A stretch of DNA of 35,050 nucleotides from Polymyxa betae A26-41 (lineage: Eukaryota > Protista > Endomyxa: Phytomyxea). Both the position numbers and the translations under genes were made by a program. Shown here piece after piece: positions 1 through 12,681 of this stretch. The notes under the pieces were generated by a model. That model did not search any database, had not been told where the DNA came from, and worked only from the letters and a program-made list of their open reading frames with translations. Positions within the stretch are counted from its first letter, which is position 1. Each line of letters starts with the position of its first letter. The DNA lies in the NCBI GenBank assembly GCA_003693705.1, contig RBZT01000643.1, forward strand, positions 1 to 35,050, read 5' to 3'.

Positions 1-1
1 T

Positions 2-3000
2 ATGATCCGGCGTAGAGCCAAGACAACTGAATGTGGAATGCAGCTGAAGAGCTATTGTCTATCTCATCGATGCGATGGAAAGCTGTTTCACCCCGACACC
101 TTTTCTGCACATGAATGGGCAGACCAAAATATGTCTAAGCATGTAAAAGACAACGCATCATCAATATCGTCAGCTTCGGAACGTGTGGCTTATCTGGAAA
201 GCACGGTCCACAATGTATCAGTGTCTAGCGAATACGGCAATGCTGGAGCAAGTATCGATATTGAAATCGATTTGGCACTTTCTGCGTGTGGCGCCCAATC
301 TGACCATCAACTATCAAGTGTGTATCCAGAGAACAGCAGCGTTACCAATTCTCCAGAGCTGGCCGTCCTTTCGGATAACCGAACAAATTCGATAAGCTCA
401 ATCCACGAAGCTGATTTCAACCACAATGGCGTGTATATTGATCCAATGGACGATTTGAAGTTCAAATTCGATCAATACATAGCAAAGACTATGAACAATG
501 GGCAAAGGTTGCTCCAAACTCGATCGGTCATTCATCAGAACCAAATTGATGAGCTTGACATCCCCTCATTACAGCATCTAGAGAGAATCAAGATTAAGAT
601 CATGAAATTTGCAGATCAACGCTTTAGATCACGGATTAACCGAAAAAGTGTAGACGAGCTGTTAAAATTGTATCTTTTGGAAATGTCAACGCGGCCAGAC
701 CCCCAGACTGGAGAAGCCATGGGAATGTATCGGAATTTCCCTGAAGGATGGGATCAAGCCATGAAAACCGTTTTGAGGGATCTCTTCCTGAATTTTAAGC
801 CGATACTTTTGTAATCATGCCCGAATGGGCATTGCATATTAGTTCTGAACTTGGAGAACGAGCAGGAGTATCCTGAATGTCACACATCAAGAAAGAAATC
901 AAAATCGTTTCTGTACTGGCCGATATCATATGATATACAGGTTTCAAATTTTTCGAGTGTTGTCGAATTTGAAATGATCAAATGTTTTGCAGATCCGATT
1001 CGCGTTCCCGTCAATCGCTGCTCTCTTTCGATCCGGGTTTTCTGAAATCGACGACCTAGTCAGAGACTTCAAGGCAACGAACATGAGGGAGGAGATAATG
1101 TCAGATTGGGTGCAAGGAAACCTTTTCTACGATCACAACGTTCCTTTTCATCTGGAAGCCACTGGAGAACTCTCTATGTCTACAAATATAATTTAATGTA
1201 ATTTCCTCATAGCTGACAGCGAGTTAGATGGAATGGAAACGATGGTACTGGCATTGGCGCATTCGCTTGATGGAGCGCGATTGCACAATTCATCAAAGGA
1301 ATCAATCTGGCCGCATCTCTTCTCTTATCTTACTCTGCCGCCCTCTCCCTGTTGCAAACCCTCTTCAGTTATGATGACCTCCTATTCATATTTCTCAAGC
1401 CAAGCGTTTTTCAAACTGATTGCTCATGAGCTCAATGTTATCAACCAGAGGGGATTGTGTATTTCGATTCGGTTACTAACCGACTTTTAATGGAAAGGAA
1501 TGGCTAAGAAGAACACAGTTGTCATAGTCACATTAAGAGGCTGTGTGATCAGATAAAAGTCAAGTAGATGCGCATCATGGGTGACATGCCCGCTTTTGCA
1601 AAGCCATGAGAAAAGCTGGTCACAACAGCTGACATGGAGCCTGTATATGCTCTATTGAAGGTGACATCAGTGAGCAGCGTACATGCCGGCTAGGCTCGTT
1701 TGCGTTCTTACCTAAGCATCATCAGTTTCGTAAACGTGCCCTGATTCCGAATTGTTTGAATCTGCAACGATATCGCCTACACCATGTTTTTGGACGAAGA
1801 ATTCAATAGTGGAAGCAGGTAACTGAAGTAAGATGAAAGAAAGTTTACTTATCCGATCAACTGTTTTACAGGCCAAAATGCTACTCGTTAGGAGCTGGCG
1901 AAGAATAATGAGCGCAGTGCCAAGGCTCATAACGGTGTCGCTCGCAAAGCCAAAGGGACGATCAAGCCTTACGATCGTCAATCCGACAAGGAACATCCAT
2001 ACAAAAGTTCAGGACCAGGGCAATATGGTGTTGACGCCTTAACGGAAACCCTGAGCTCAGGACGGGACCCAAGCTGGCAGTATAAATCTGATTTTATGCA
2101 TCACTTAGGCGTAAGTCAAAGACTTGTATCATTTGCTGTCACAAGATTTTTAACCAAAACTGCAGAACGTGGTTAGGACTCCAGTGGAATCCGTAGACCA
2201 CGAAAGTGGTGGATCTGGCATCGCCTTCACTGCTGAGGCAAGGGAATCAGAACAGGTTTTAGGCAGGCTAAAGCATGTCTGAGATGTGGAATCGCCGCTT
2301 CCTTGGTCTTTGGTTGCAAATAGCCGTATGCAAATATCCAAGCGCCTCAGCTTTCTCGTGGTTCCAGAAAGTATGGCCAAGACAATACAGTACGCTTATG
2401 AAATTAACGGATGTTTGAACAGGCACAGAGGAAGTGTTCAATCCATATGTAAAGTCACAAATTTTGACCAAAAACGCACAATGGCACATGTTGCTACACG
2501 GATTGTTCAAATTTATGGCAAGAGGTCTTTTTCAAAAGACTGCAGACGCAAAAGCTGGTCAGAAAGCCCTTTATGGTTTCTTTGGCTGCCTTTCACAGAT
2601 AATTTGCTCCATTTTGAAGCGTTCCCAACTTGAAAGACCACTGCTGAAAATAACAGAAAGCCTGGCAGTTTTGGAAGAGGTAAGCTGCTTGTATTTATGG
2701 AACTGGAAAACGTCTTCACTCACAGTTCAAGATTTTCAGAAACTTCCCAGCATGTACATGACTCTACCGGTGCAATTTATGCTGCATATTGTGCCTCATA
2801 TTCTACATGATTTCGGGCCTCTAACTCCAACGTCTTGGAATGTTTGACCGGAGCGGTGTATGAGACCTTTGAAGTCCATGATTCACGCTAGCCGAGGGCA
2901 ATCAGTCAACATAATGAACAGCTACTCAGAACAAGTGGTGATATCGTGCTTCCGGTATGATGGCAGTATCCACCAAGCAAAATACTGATCCTACTATTGG

Positions 3001-4063
3001 GATAGGCGTGAATACCATCAGCAATTTCCCTACTGCTCAGACAGTTGTGGACATTTGGAGAATCAAAGATGCCGATGAAAGCAAAACCGATGATGAATTG
3101 GAAACCATTCCGGTGATATTTACAGTTCAAGATTTGCAGTTAGGTTCTAGATTACTACAATGAGTGCAGTCAAACCGATCCCAACGATTTTTATTCAGGA
3201 AGGTTACTTGAAGAATTTTTCAATCAGATCTAGCAGTATCGACATTCGGTGGTTTTCAATCAGGGCCTTATCCAGCCTTTCTCACAGCAACAGCTAACTC
3301 ATCAGCCGATAACGTTTTCCACCGTCACCATTCTGATCTGCTACAATTTTTAGGGAGAGAAGGCTTCCAGGAGAATCTCCAGAATGCTTTAAAAGGTAAG
3401 CTTCGTTGTAGTAATGGTCATGGAAGCAACTGGAAATGTTTGGGACAGTGTTATTTTAACAGATTGCCTTTATTTAAATTCGATACGCTGAGTAGTTACA
3501 GCCAATTGTTTGTTTAATCTCCAATACAAGAAGTGTTTTCTTCAGATTTCCTGGCTTTCCCCTAACCTGCAATGTCATTTTACAAAAACGATTTAGGAGA
3601 AATTCTGACAATCAAACGAGGGCGACACAAAGGAAAGCTCATTCGATCCCGCGAATACGAAGAAAAACGGTCGCTGAAAACCTGCAACCATATCATGCAG
3701 GTCATAATCGACTCAGCCAGAGCCCGCGGAACAGATCACTGGTTTTGTCCTGTTAATTGGTTTACAAAGATGTCAACAATCGAAGAGTTGCCAGTAATGA
3801 CCATTGCATACGTTGATTGGTTCCAGTCTCTTCCAGGATCTTCAAATCCTGCCTTTACAACTGATGAAGGGACCGACCTCCCTCTAGTTAAACCAATGAA
3901 CAAGACAGAGAACAAAAAATGGTGTAGGTGGGTGCTTTTGGATAATGTCAACCCTTGCAATTATATGCTGGGAAAAATCGAGGGAGTCAAAGATTACTTC
4001 ATAATTCGAAACTCGAACAGAGCGAATAAACTTTTATTGATATTCCTCATTAGCATTATCTGA
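2..4063 (+). pseudogene. CACTA/EnSpm (CMC) Tnp2-family transposase, degraded by stops and frameshifts
   Basis: Motifs occur in family order: N-terminal CxxHxC..H; L*SCPNGHCI...PECHTSR (stop at 812-814, same frame continues at 851); YWPI; ALAHSLDG..SIWP..LPP (1233 ORF); IMGDMPAFAK (~1574-1603); SDFMHHLG (~2087-2110); KNAQWHMLL and HIVPHILHDFGPL...*PERCMRPLK (2434-2875, DUF4218-like). The C-terminal ORF 3572-4063 is assigned by position only. Confidence 0.85.
941..992 (+). other. 52-nt GT-AG intron in the CACTA transposase
   Basis: cag|gtttca...ttttgcag|atc. Splicing joins ORF 851 (YWPISYDIQ) in frame to ORF 987 (IRFAFPSIAALF). Confidence 0.75.
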
Positions 4064-4419
4064 AAGAGAATCTCAACAAAGAAAGATTCTGTCACGGAAG
4101 ACGAAAAGTAGTTAGAAGATGATAAACAGCTGCTTTATATGCATCTGGATCGCGACGACAAGAGAAGCTCCTGACCAATATGTTCATCGATGGCAATGCG
4201 GCGACAATGGCACTAGTAACAGCAGGAACCGGCGATAGACAGAGCGCAGGCCCTGTTATTATTGAACAGAGTGGGCCCACGAAGACAGGAAAATATCGCA
4301 GCCGTGATCGCCAGAGGCTGCTTCATCAGCAGGGGCAGCAGCACCGACAAAATAACACAACCCAGCGAACAACTAAGGAAAAAGGAAAAAATGTCTGGAA
4401 ATGGAATAACCTAATAAAT

Positions 4420-5180
4420 AACGATTACTGAATTACAACATTCAAACAGATTGATAAACCAGATAACACTTAATGAGAGAAAGAGTACTCTCACGTTATA
4501 AGAAGCAGCAGCTGAAACTGCAGAACCAAACCATCAGCAGCAGCAGCAGCAGCACAGTACCGTCAATATCAACAGCACCAGCACCAGGAAGCATTAGCAG
4601 CAATAGTGGCCTCGAAGTTAACTGAAAGTAACGGTAGGTGTACCAGAAGCACAATCAGAATCCTGAGAACACAATTTATCAGATCAAGATAAGAAACGGA
4701 AAGTGTCTCGATAAGAAATCATCAAGCTGACATAATTGAAAATGCACAAATGCTCCAGTTTTCCGAAAAAATACAGAAAAAAAATAAAGCGAAAAATAAA
4801 CTCATTGATATGATTGAAAAGATATAATATTCGGGATTCAGATCACACGTAATAAAACCAAAAATCCCTCACCTACAGCAGAAGCAGCAGCAGAAACGAC
4901 AGCAACGGCGTCAACAGGCAGTGATAACACCGAGAGCCGCATCAGCACCAGTATCTTCGTCACCAATAGTGACAGCGGCCGAAGTTGAAACAAGAGCACT
5001 ATCAGCAGCTGCAGCACAGTACCATCATTATCATCACCACCAGGAAGGATTAGCACCAACAGTGGCCGTGAAGTTAAATGCAGCTAGATGCTGTAGCTGC
5101 AAAAGAAATCGCAGCCATAGAATGCAGCCATAGCAGCACCAGTACAATCAGGATCCCTAAACCCCATCATCAAAAAATAC
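4420..5180. repeat. Low-complexity CAG/AGC-rich blocks alternating with A-rich blocks
   Basis: CAG run at ~4534-4553, many gcagca and catcat motifs, and an A-rich tract at 4720-4865. Confidence 0.7.
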
Positions 5181-5183
5181 TGC

Positions 5184-5997
5184 AAAACGAGCTAATAATG
5201 ATAGACAGTATTCATAAACAATCATTGTTCAAAAGGTAAAAAGCCATCAAATTGATAGAGAGATTAAATAAAGGTCAAGACCTGCAAATAGGGACTTACC
5301 TGTAAACTCACACGTAGGTGATTGCCAACATTTTGGCTAGGCTCTGGGCTCAGCAGCCTCTTGCCATCACGGCGCCTTTCGACTAAAGGCGGTCGACAGA
5401 CACCATGATGGCACGGTGCCATTGAGCCAGAGAGCGACAGCCGGGACACAGCCGAAAACGTGACGGCGGGGAAGCGATGGTCTGAAAGACATCGCTGATG
5501 CCACGATTTGGACAGTGGTGTCGGCTCAGCCACGAGCGAGACGACGGCGCTGGATCCTTGATCGGGACAGCGGCGGCGTCACTCAGATCAGGACGATGAC
5601 CTCGGCTCCATAATTAATCTGGACCGAGGAGTCAGTACGATAATGACAAGACTATGTAAAACGAGCTAATAAAGACAGATAGGTTCAAAAACAATCATTG
5701 TATAAAAGGCAGAAACCTGTAAATAGATAGAGCAGATTAAAAAAAATCAAGACGAAAAACTCTGCAAATAGGGACTTACCTCTAAACAATAACACGTAGG
5801 TGATTGCCATTGGGCCAGGCTCTGGGCTCAACAGCCTCGCGCCATCATGGCGCCTGGCGACTGAAGGCGGTCGCCAGGCACCATGATGTCACGGTCCCAT
5901 TGAGCCAGAGAGCGACAGCCGAGAATCAGCACCAAAACGTGACGGCGGGTGACCGACGTCCTGAAAGACATCGCTGATGCCACGATCTGGACAGTGG
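5184..5997. repeat. Diverged tandem duplication, period ~474 bp
   Basis: 5184-~5518 aligns with 5658-~5997. Shared blocks include aaaacgagctaata, ctgcaaatagggacttacct, acacgtaggtgattgcca, ttgagccagagagcgacagccg and ctgaaagacatcgctgatgccacgat. Confidence 0.95.
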
Positions 5998-6561
5998 GGT
6001 CAGTACGTTCATGATCAAGACAGCATCGTCTTCCCGATCAGAACGATGGCTCCGGATCCTTAGTCTGCACCGCGGCTCCAGTACGACCATGGCCAGGATG
6101 GCGCCTCCGACTCCATAACCTTAAGAGCAATGACGGCGCCAGGTTTTTGATCAGAATGGCGCTGCCGGCTAACGTTCCGAAGTGTCAGCAAATCAACACT
6201 GTCGCGCATCGAAGCGATCAGGTAGGTAAAATTGATCGAATAGGAATCGAAGCATCCAGTCACACGAACCGGTTACCAAAATTCCGATTAGATGCTATAA
6301 TTTTTCAATAAATTCCGTAAATTTATTGACAGTTCTATTGCAAATAAATGTTGGTCTGGATTTGCGGAAATTAGCGCCCTGATTTCATCAGGAAAGCAAA
6401 TTTTCGCTGCAGACCATACATACATTTGACCAACTCCGCCGCGCAGTTCTAAGAAATCGCATGGAAAAAGCAACCAGGATTCAAAAAGACAGGAAATGGC
6501 TGGAATCTCGCAGAAATCAGCTGGAAATGCATTCTAAGGCACCCTTTCGCAGTTCCGGTGC

Positions 6562-7605
6562 TCGAAGGGACTGCCAGCGAGCCTTTAAGATGCCGTTACC
6601 GTGTTCTGAGACAACACGCCCGCTAGACAAGCATCTATTAAACTCCTGATTTTCAGGAATTGAGGCAGCAGGCTGCCGGTACGGCACCACAATTATCGCG
6701 TCATGCGAAAGCCGGAATCTCCAAATTGATACTGACCTGGTGAGAAAAACCGCTCTGGGATCTTATGAGCGTTTGTCGATTCCCAGATGGTTGAATCATG
6801 CACAGATCCAGGCCAACCAGCTATCGCATACCGGATACGACGATTTTGATCGAACGTCAACAGTACGTTCATTGAATAGCGGCATTTGCGGTTATAATAC
6901 ACTTCGCCATCTAAGACAGGTTTTTGGTGGAGAGCCACATGTGTCCCATCAGTCGATAGAATGCACCCTTCGAACCCGTAATGGCGGTGATTGTAAGCGC
7001 TTAGAGACTTACGTTCCAAACCATCTGGCCTAAATGTAGGAATGCTGGAGAGAGAGCAAGGCTACCAGAATGCGGTCAGAATACTTGACAACACAGCCGT
7101 ATCCAACTCCTTTGGAACGAGCCACCATTCCAATTGCGGAGCCGTTTCCGTAATGTCCCAAACGATGAAGCGCACACGCCAACTGAATCCAAACCGCCCG
7201 CTGGGGATGGTCAGATTCATTTTTAAATACAGGATGTCCTTTGAATTGCACGTTAAATAATCTATCTAGCTAACGTAGTCGCTTTCTTGCGGAATTTACC
7301 TTCAATTTGCTTCAATATGTAGCAGAACGTGTCCTGGCTGCCCTAACTTCTTGTTTAAATTCTTCTACTGCTAAGTTTGGCAACAGTTGCAACGCGCCAA
7401 GATTCTTGGCTAGTAACCGCCGAGGATTGATGTTCCGATGTTGATTGAGGATGATTTTTAACTCGACGAGCTGGTTGATTGAACTCTTTACCTTATCGGG
7501 CCTGGCACGGCAGCTAAAACGAAGACTGGTGTGCTCAATAGCAAGGAGGCGAATGGTTTGATCAATATCTCGTAGTAAATGAGCTCTTGCCGAGTAACGA
7601 GCCAT
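6562..7605 (-). pseudogene. PIF/Harbinger (DDE_Tnp_4, HARBI1-like) transposase, frameshifted and 3'-truncated
   Basis: EEFKQEVR; QLACALHRLGHYGNG; GCILSTDGTHV; YYNRKCRYSMNV; GWPGSVHDS; GDSGF; FNRCLSSGRVVSEHGNGILKARWQSLR (last motif translated by hand at ~6562-6645). Confidence 0.92.
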
Positions 7606-7637
7606 TTTAATTTTGGTAACCCCGCCAAGAGAAACGG

Positions 7638-7713
7638 TTCTCCCGCACCTTTCTGGACTGCCGGCGAATCGATTCTCTCGCACCTTTCTGGACCCCCCCA
7701 TAGAATCGATTCT
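7638..7713. repeat. Short direct repeats upstream of the Harbinger ORF, probably subterminal repeats
   Basis: ttctc[c/t]cgcacctttctggac at 7638 and 7673; gaatcgattct at 7666 and 7703. Confidence 0.6.
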
Positions 7714-8242
7714 GGGCTTAATTTTGTTATCCCCTATTGCCACAACATATTCATATCGTGTACTTTTGGTGTCAAAAAATTACAGCTTGCAAAAGCTTTC
7801 AGAAGCATCATAAATACTGAAAATCAAACCATGATCAGCATAATTACTAACCAAGAACAATTGAATTTTTTAGTTGATGATCTTGTAACAACAGAAGCAG
7901 CAACAGCAACAATAATTCGGAAAAGAGGAATCGAATATATTAATGATAAGAATCAAAATAAAAAACAAACCTTCTAAAATGATCTGATCTAAACGAGCAG
8001 GAGATCTAGAGCAGCGACATCAATGACAGCATCTGATAATCAACATCTCGTCTCATCATCATCAGGATCATAAGCATTATGATCAACATCACCAGCATCA
8101 GCATAACGACATGACCCTCATCATTATCAGGACCATCATCTTATCCATGATCAACATCAATACAATGAGAAAAATCAAAATAAAAAAAAAACAAATGAAA
8201 TGCACTGATAAATACAAATATATATCAAACGGTGGCCATCAC

Positions 8243-8518
8243 TGTTAAAGATGGAGGGTGGAGGCAGAGGGTCAGCAGTCCTTTGCCGGAAGCTGCTGAC
8301 AGCGTCTACGAATATGGAAGTCGATGTTGAGGATAAGAGAGCAATATAAAGAATGAATGTATTATGAGCCGGGTGGCATCTTATATAGAGCTATAATATT
8401 ATCGCACTGTAATATATCGGAAAAGGCCGCCACGGAGTTTTGACCGCCTGTGTTGCATGGTCAAGCTTGTCTCTCTTTTTTGGTCAAAGAGGCTTGAACG
8501 TTAGTTTGAACTTCAACA
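8243..8518 (-). repeat. Copia 3' LTR (276 bp)
   Basis: TG..CA ends with a 7/8 inverted match (tgttaaag / cttcaaca). The minus-strand PPT TTTGAGGGGGAG (8519-8530) abuts it, and there is a minus-strand TATATAAG at ~8380-8387. Confidence 0.85.
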
Positions 8519-9336
8519 CTCCCCCTCAAACTGATGTCTGGTGATTAAACAAATGCTTCCGTGCAAGTATGAAATTTTCTGGTGGTATTCGGTTAGGTGA
8601 GTACGTCCACGAGAATGCTGTCGGTTGGAACGTAAGTAACGATGACTTGCGCATCCTTGATCATCTGCCGGACGTAATGATATTAGACTTCGATATGTTT
8701 GGTTCGAATGTCAGTTCTGTTATTGCTACTGGCGACGATGCATCTTTTGTTGTCTTCAGCAATTACTGTTAGATTTTTGGCTGGAAAACCCAGCTCAGCC
8801 AAGAGTTGGCGAAGCCACACCGCTTCTAGAACTGCTCCGCACAGAGCAACATATTCGGCTTCGACCGACGACAAACTCGAGGATGTTTGGAGCTTGGATT
8901 TCCAGGCGATGAGTCCACCAGCAAGCATGAAAATGTAGCCTATTGTTGAACGACGCGTGTCGGTATCACCTGCCCAATTTGCGTCGGAAAATCCGATAGC
9001 CTCTTCATCGGTATGTTGCCTTTCGAATAAAATGCCTTGTCCCTTGGCCCCAGATAGATAGCGAAGCACACGCTGTGCTGCCTTCCAGTGCTGTTGGCCA
9101 GGGTTGCCTATGAAACGACATAAGGTTCCGACAGCTGCACTGATATCTGGTCGAGTATTAGATGATATCCAGTTTAGGCTTCCGACAAGCTCTGCGTATG
9201 GGACTTGCTGCATCCGTACCTTTTCGTCGTCACTTTTAGGACACATCCCCGTGGTCAGATAGAAACCTTGCTGATGAGGTGTCTCGGCAGGATTGCAATC
9301 AACCATCCAAAATTTTGTCAGGAGCTCATCGATATA

Positions 9337-9461
9337 CCGTATATCCCGGGGAAATAACCACCACTACGCACTTTTTAAAAAAAATTTATACGGCCTCTTG
9401 GTTACAGAGGAAAATGGATTAAAAAAGTGCGCAAATGGTGGTTATTTGCCGGGATATACGG
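9337..9461. mobile_element. 125-bp MITE with TA TSD, Tc1/mariner-pogo type
   Basis: ~40-bp TIRs (ccgtatatcccgg..aaataaccacca / tggtggttattt..ccgggatatacgg) with TA at 9335-36 and 9462-63. Excision restores the copia RT frame SIFISQEEYIDELLTKFWMVDCNP. Confidence 0.92.
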
Positions 9462-9515
9462 TACTCTTCTTGACTGATGAAGATGGATCTAGGGTCTGGA
9501 TCATGGTAGATTTGC

Positions 9516-11840
9516 CAGGGTTGGCAGCCTCCAGGTTTTTTAAGTTTAGGTTTTTAAGTAAAAAAATGGATTTTTTGAAATCCTGAAAATCTAGGTTTTT
9601 TAGGTTTTTTCTCCAGGCGAGTATTGCGTGGATTCTGCGAAGATTATCAATCTCGGTCTCGGCTCTCCACGTTATTCATGGACGACGTTATTCAACTGGA
9701 TTCGCCTTCCGAGCTAGAAGACGACGTACTTGATTCTGAATATGGCGTCATTGCCCTGAATTTGGAGGCATTCAGTACTGAGCCATCCGTTCAACGCCAT
9801 GATTCCCGGAAAAGATCAGGAAGATTCGTTTCACCTATTTGGGACCTGTTCACTGACGAGGAAAATCCTCAAACGTTGAAATCTGCAACATGCAAGCATT
9901 GCAACCAAGTCGTATCCATCTACAAGAAATCCGAATATGCCAAGACGCATTTGCTGAATTTCAAGGCGTTCATCAGTTTTATGGATGGAGTGCGGATGGA
10001 TGAAAGACCGGAGTGGCTCGTCGTTAACAACTAAGGCAAAAAACAGGCAGCATCCACGTCTTCTAGTCAACGATCAATTCGCCATTTTGCTCAACCTCCA
10101 GTATCGGCCTAGATAATAACTGATATCATTGCATTATCATTTAACTGGAACTTCGTTCTTACGAATGGAGGACCCAGCTCTCGCCGAAGCCATGAACTTG
10201 TTGCGACCTGACGAAAATCTACTTCCCGACACAAAACAAAAAACTGTGCCAAGCCGTTCTTTCAGACAAGACTTCTTCTGTTTTACTACCGACGGTTGGT
10301 CAAATCTATGCAACGATGACATTGTTAATTATATGATTTGTGCCCCAAGAAATCGATTTTTCTGGAATCAGTGCCTACCGTGAGCAAGGACATACCGCAG
10401 ATTGGATTGCCTGCGACATCGCACGCGTAATGGAGAGTCTTCCGGAATCTAGATTCTGTGGTGCTGTTACTGACAACACTTCCGCGAACCGCAGCGCATT
10501 GGAAAAGCTGACGCTCGACTTTCAAAACCTGTTCTTCCAGGGATGTATGTCCCATGGACTGCATCTTCTTGTGAAAGACATATTTTCTCCCGCCAAAACC
10601 CGAAGAAAATGCAGATCATGATAGGGCTCCTGCTTTTCCGGATGGGTCCCTATTTGAATAGTTGCTTCACTTTGCGAACGACTGCAAGGAGCTGGTCAAG
10701 TACTTTTATAACCATCATGTAGCCAAAGCTGTTCTAGTCTTGGAACAAGCAGATGCCGGGGCTGTCGCTCTTGTGAAACCGGCTCCAACAAGGTTCAGAA
10801 ATCTGAACTTGACAATTTGTTCTGAATATGGATTTTAGATGGGTAACCCTCCAGGGAGGCTTCAAATCGATTTTGGGCTCTGAAAACCTGATACAAAAAA
10901 TTTGTTAAGGACGCGAGAAGCAGGAGCGAAACGCATCCAAAACATTGTCAACAACGACGATTTTGTCGATCTTCTCCAGAAAATCCATCTCCATTTTGGA
11001 ACCAATCGACTCTCTCCTCTGTAAATATCAATCGGATTCAATTCTTATTTCCCAGGTTGTCAACGATTTCACGTTCACGTTAATGACCTCATTCGGTGAG
11101 CTGCAGACCACTGGAGTCATCACTGAGGTCGAGGGAAACTAACGAAAGAGCTATGAATTTTTGTAAGGCGACGCTCGAGGGTTAGGGTATCTCCTTGACC
11201 CACGTTTTCTGGGCGAAAAATTTCCTTGGGAGTTCCGCTGTGCGTTAGAACAAAAGCTTTTTTAGGTACTCTGTCAATTTGGAAACCAGTCGGCAAGAGG
11301 AAGATAAGATTAAAATCTTCCAGCAGTACACTGAGTTTGTTATCAATGCTCGGTCTCAAAAAGTGAACGATACCTTCCGTTATGACATGTTGATGCGACA
11401 CGTCAAAACCCCTCTTCAGTATTGGTTGGCAGATGAGGCCCAATGGCCTGACTTACATCAGATTGCCTTGAAAGTATTTTCTCTTTCTCCGTCGTCAGCG
11501 TCTTGGGAGCGAAGTTTCTCCAGTAAGGGTTTCATACACTCTGTAACCGTTTAGGCGCAGCGAAAGTTAAAAAACTCTTTATATCCGTTGGAACATTTCC
11601 CAGCTGTCTGAAAAAGCTATCTGTGGTACCGATTCCTGTCCCGATGATGAGGATGACGCACAGGATGTCTAAAAGTACCGCAAAATCGAGTTTTCAGTTG
11701 AGTAGATAAGCATTGCCAATAATGTGTCGAACAAATTTGTGTGGGAATTGCAGGTTAAATGTAGGTTTTTTAAGTTTTTTTAAGGTTTAACCTAAACCTA
11801 GGTTCGTTCGTCCTCTCAAAGTAGGTTTTTCCCAACCCGG
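9516..11840 (+). mobile_element. hAT DNA transposon 1, full length and degraded, inserted in the copia RT
   Basis: TIRs cagggttgg / ccaacccgg; 8-bp TSD agatttgc / agattcga (6/8); aggttttt subterminal repeats at both ends. Excision restores GEPTRLLGIRIYHDPDPRSIFISQ. Confidence 0.92.
9678..11672 (+). pseudogene. hAT transposase (BED finger, DUF659-like core, hATC dimerisation domain)
   Basis: SPIWDLF..CKHC..HL; TTDGWSN; VTDNTSAN; GCMSHGLHLLVKDIF; PTRW restored by a 46-nt intron at 10793-10838; PLQYW..WPDLHQIALKVFSLSPSSASWERSFS. Confidence 0.92.
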
Positions 11841-12681
11841 AGATTCGAATGCCCAGCAGGCGTGTGGGCTCCCCCAAATCGGTCACTTCCCAATTTTGCG
11901 AAATCAGATCGATATCCGATTTGCAGATGTGCTGGTTCTTGTGCGCCCGAAGGATGTCATCTACATGGACGCCAAGAAGAACGATATTGTCGCCATCTCG
12001 ATGTACATAAATGCATGGATCGGCAATTGTCCGTCAGAGCTGGAGCTTATTGACCAGGAAGGAATCCAGCTGCTGGTTCCAGATCATGCCAGCGTGTCTT
12101 AGGCCGTATAAGGCTTTGTTCAATCTGCAGACAGCTTTTCTTGGACAGAATTTCAAAACCTTCGAGTTGTTTCATGTACATTTCTTCGCTAATATCACCA
12201 TTTAATAACGACCAGACAACGTCAATCTGGCGAAGTTGCTGAGAATATTGGGCTGCAAATGCCAGGAGGACGCGAAGCGATTTCTGATGGGCTACCGGGG
12301 CGAATGTTTCGTCATAGTCGATGCCGGCACCCTGTGAGAGCCCCTTGACCACAAATCTGGCCTTAAACGTACGAACAGTTCCATCGTTCATCAGATTGGG
12401 CTTCACACTGAATACCCATTTGCACGCGATAGCTTTTCGTCCGGGAGGTAGTGATTGCAATGTCCATGTTTTAAAGTCCGTCCATTGTTTCATTTCTTTA
12501 GCCATTGCGTCATACCATTGTCCAGAGAACCTGCCCGATAACGTTTCAGATAAGGATTGAGGAACGTATATATCGGAGGTCTTGAGGTTTTTTAATCTGG
12601 CCTTTGAAGGTCTGTCAGGTTCGTATGAGCCGATTGAGGGCTGGTGGATACTTGATTGGCGCTTGCGTGTCATGCCCATTG

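Noticed and set aside
5555-5600. TPP riboswitch near the duplicated splice donors
   Set aside because: Only cctgatc matches. The CUGAGA and AUAAUGCC..GCG core elements are absent.
9533-11800. Telomere-like tttagg/taggttttt motifs
   Set aside because: They are confined to the two subterminal regions of hAT 1 and do not form a regular telomeric array.
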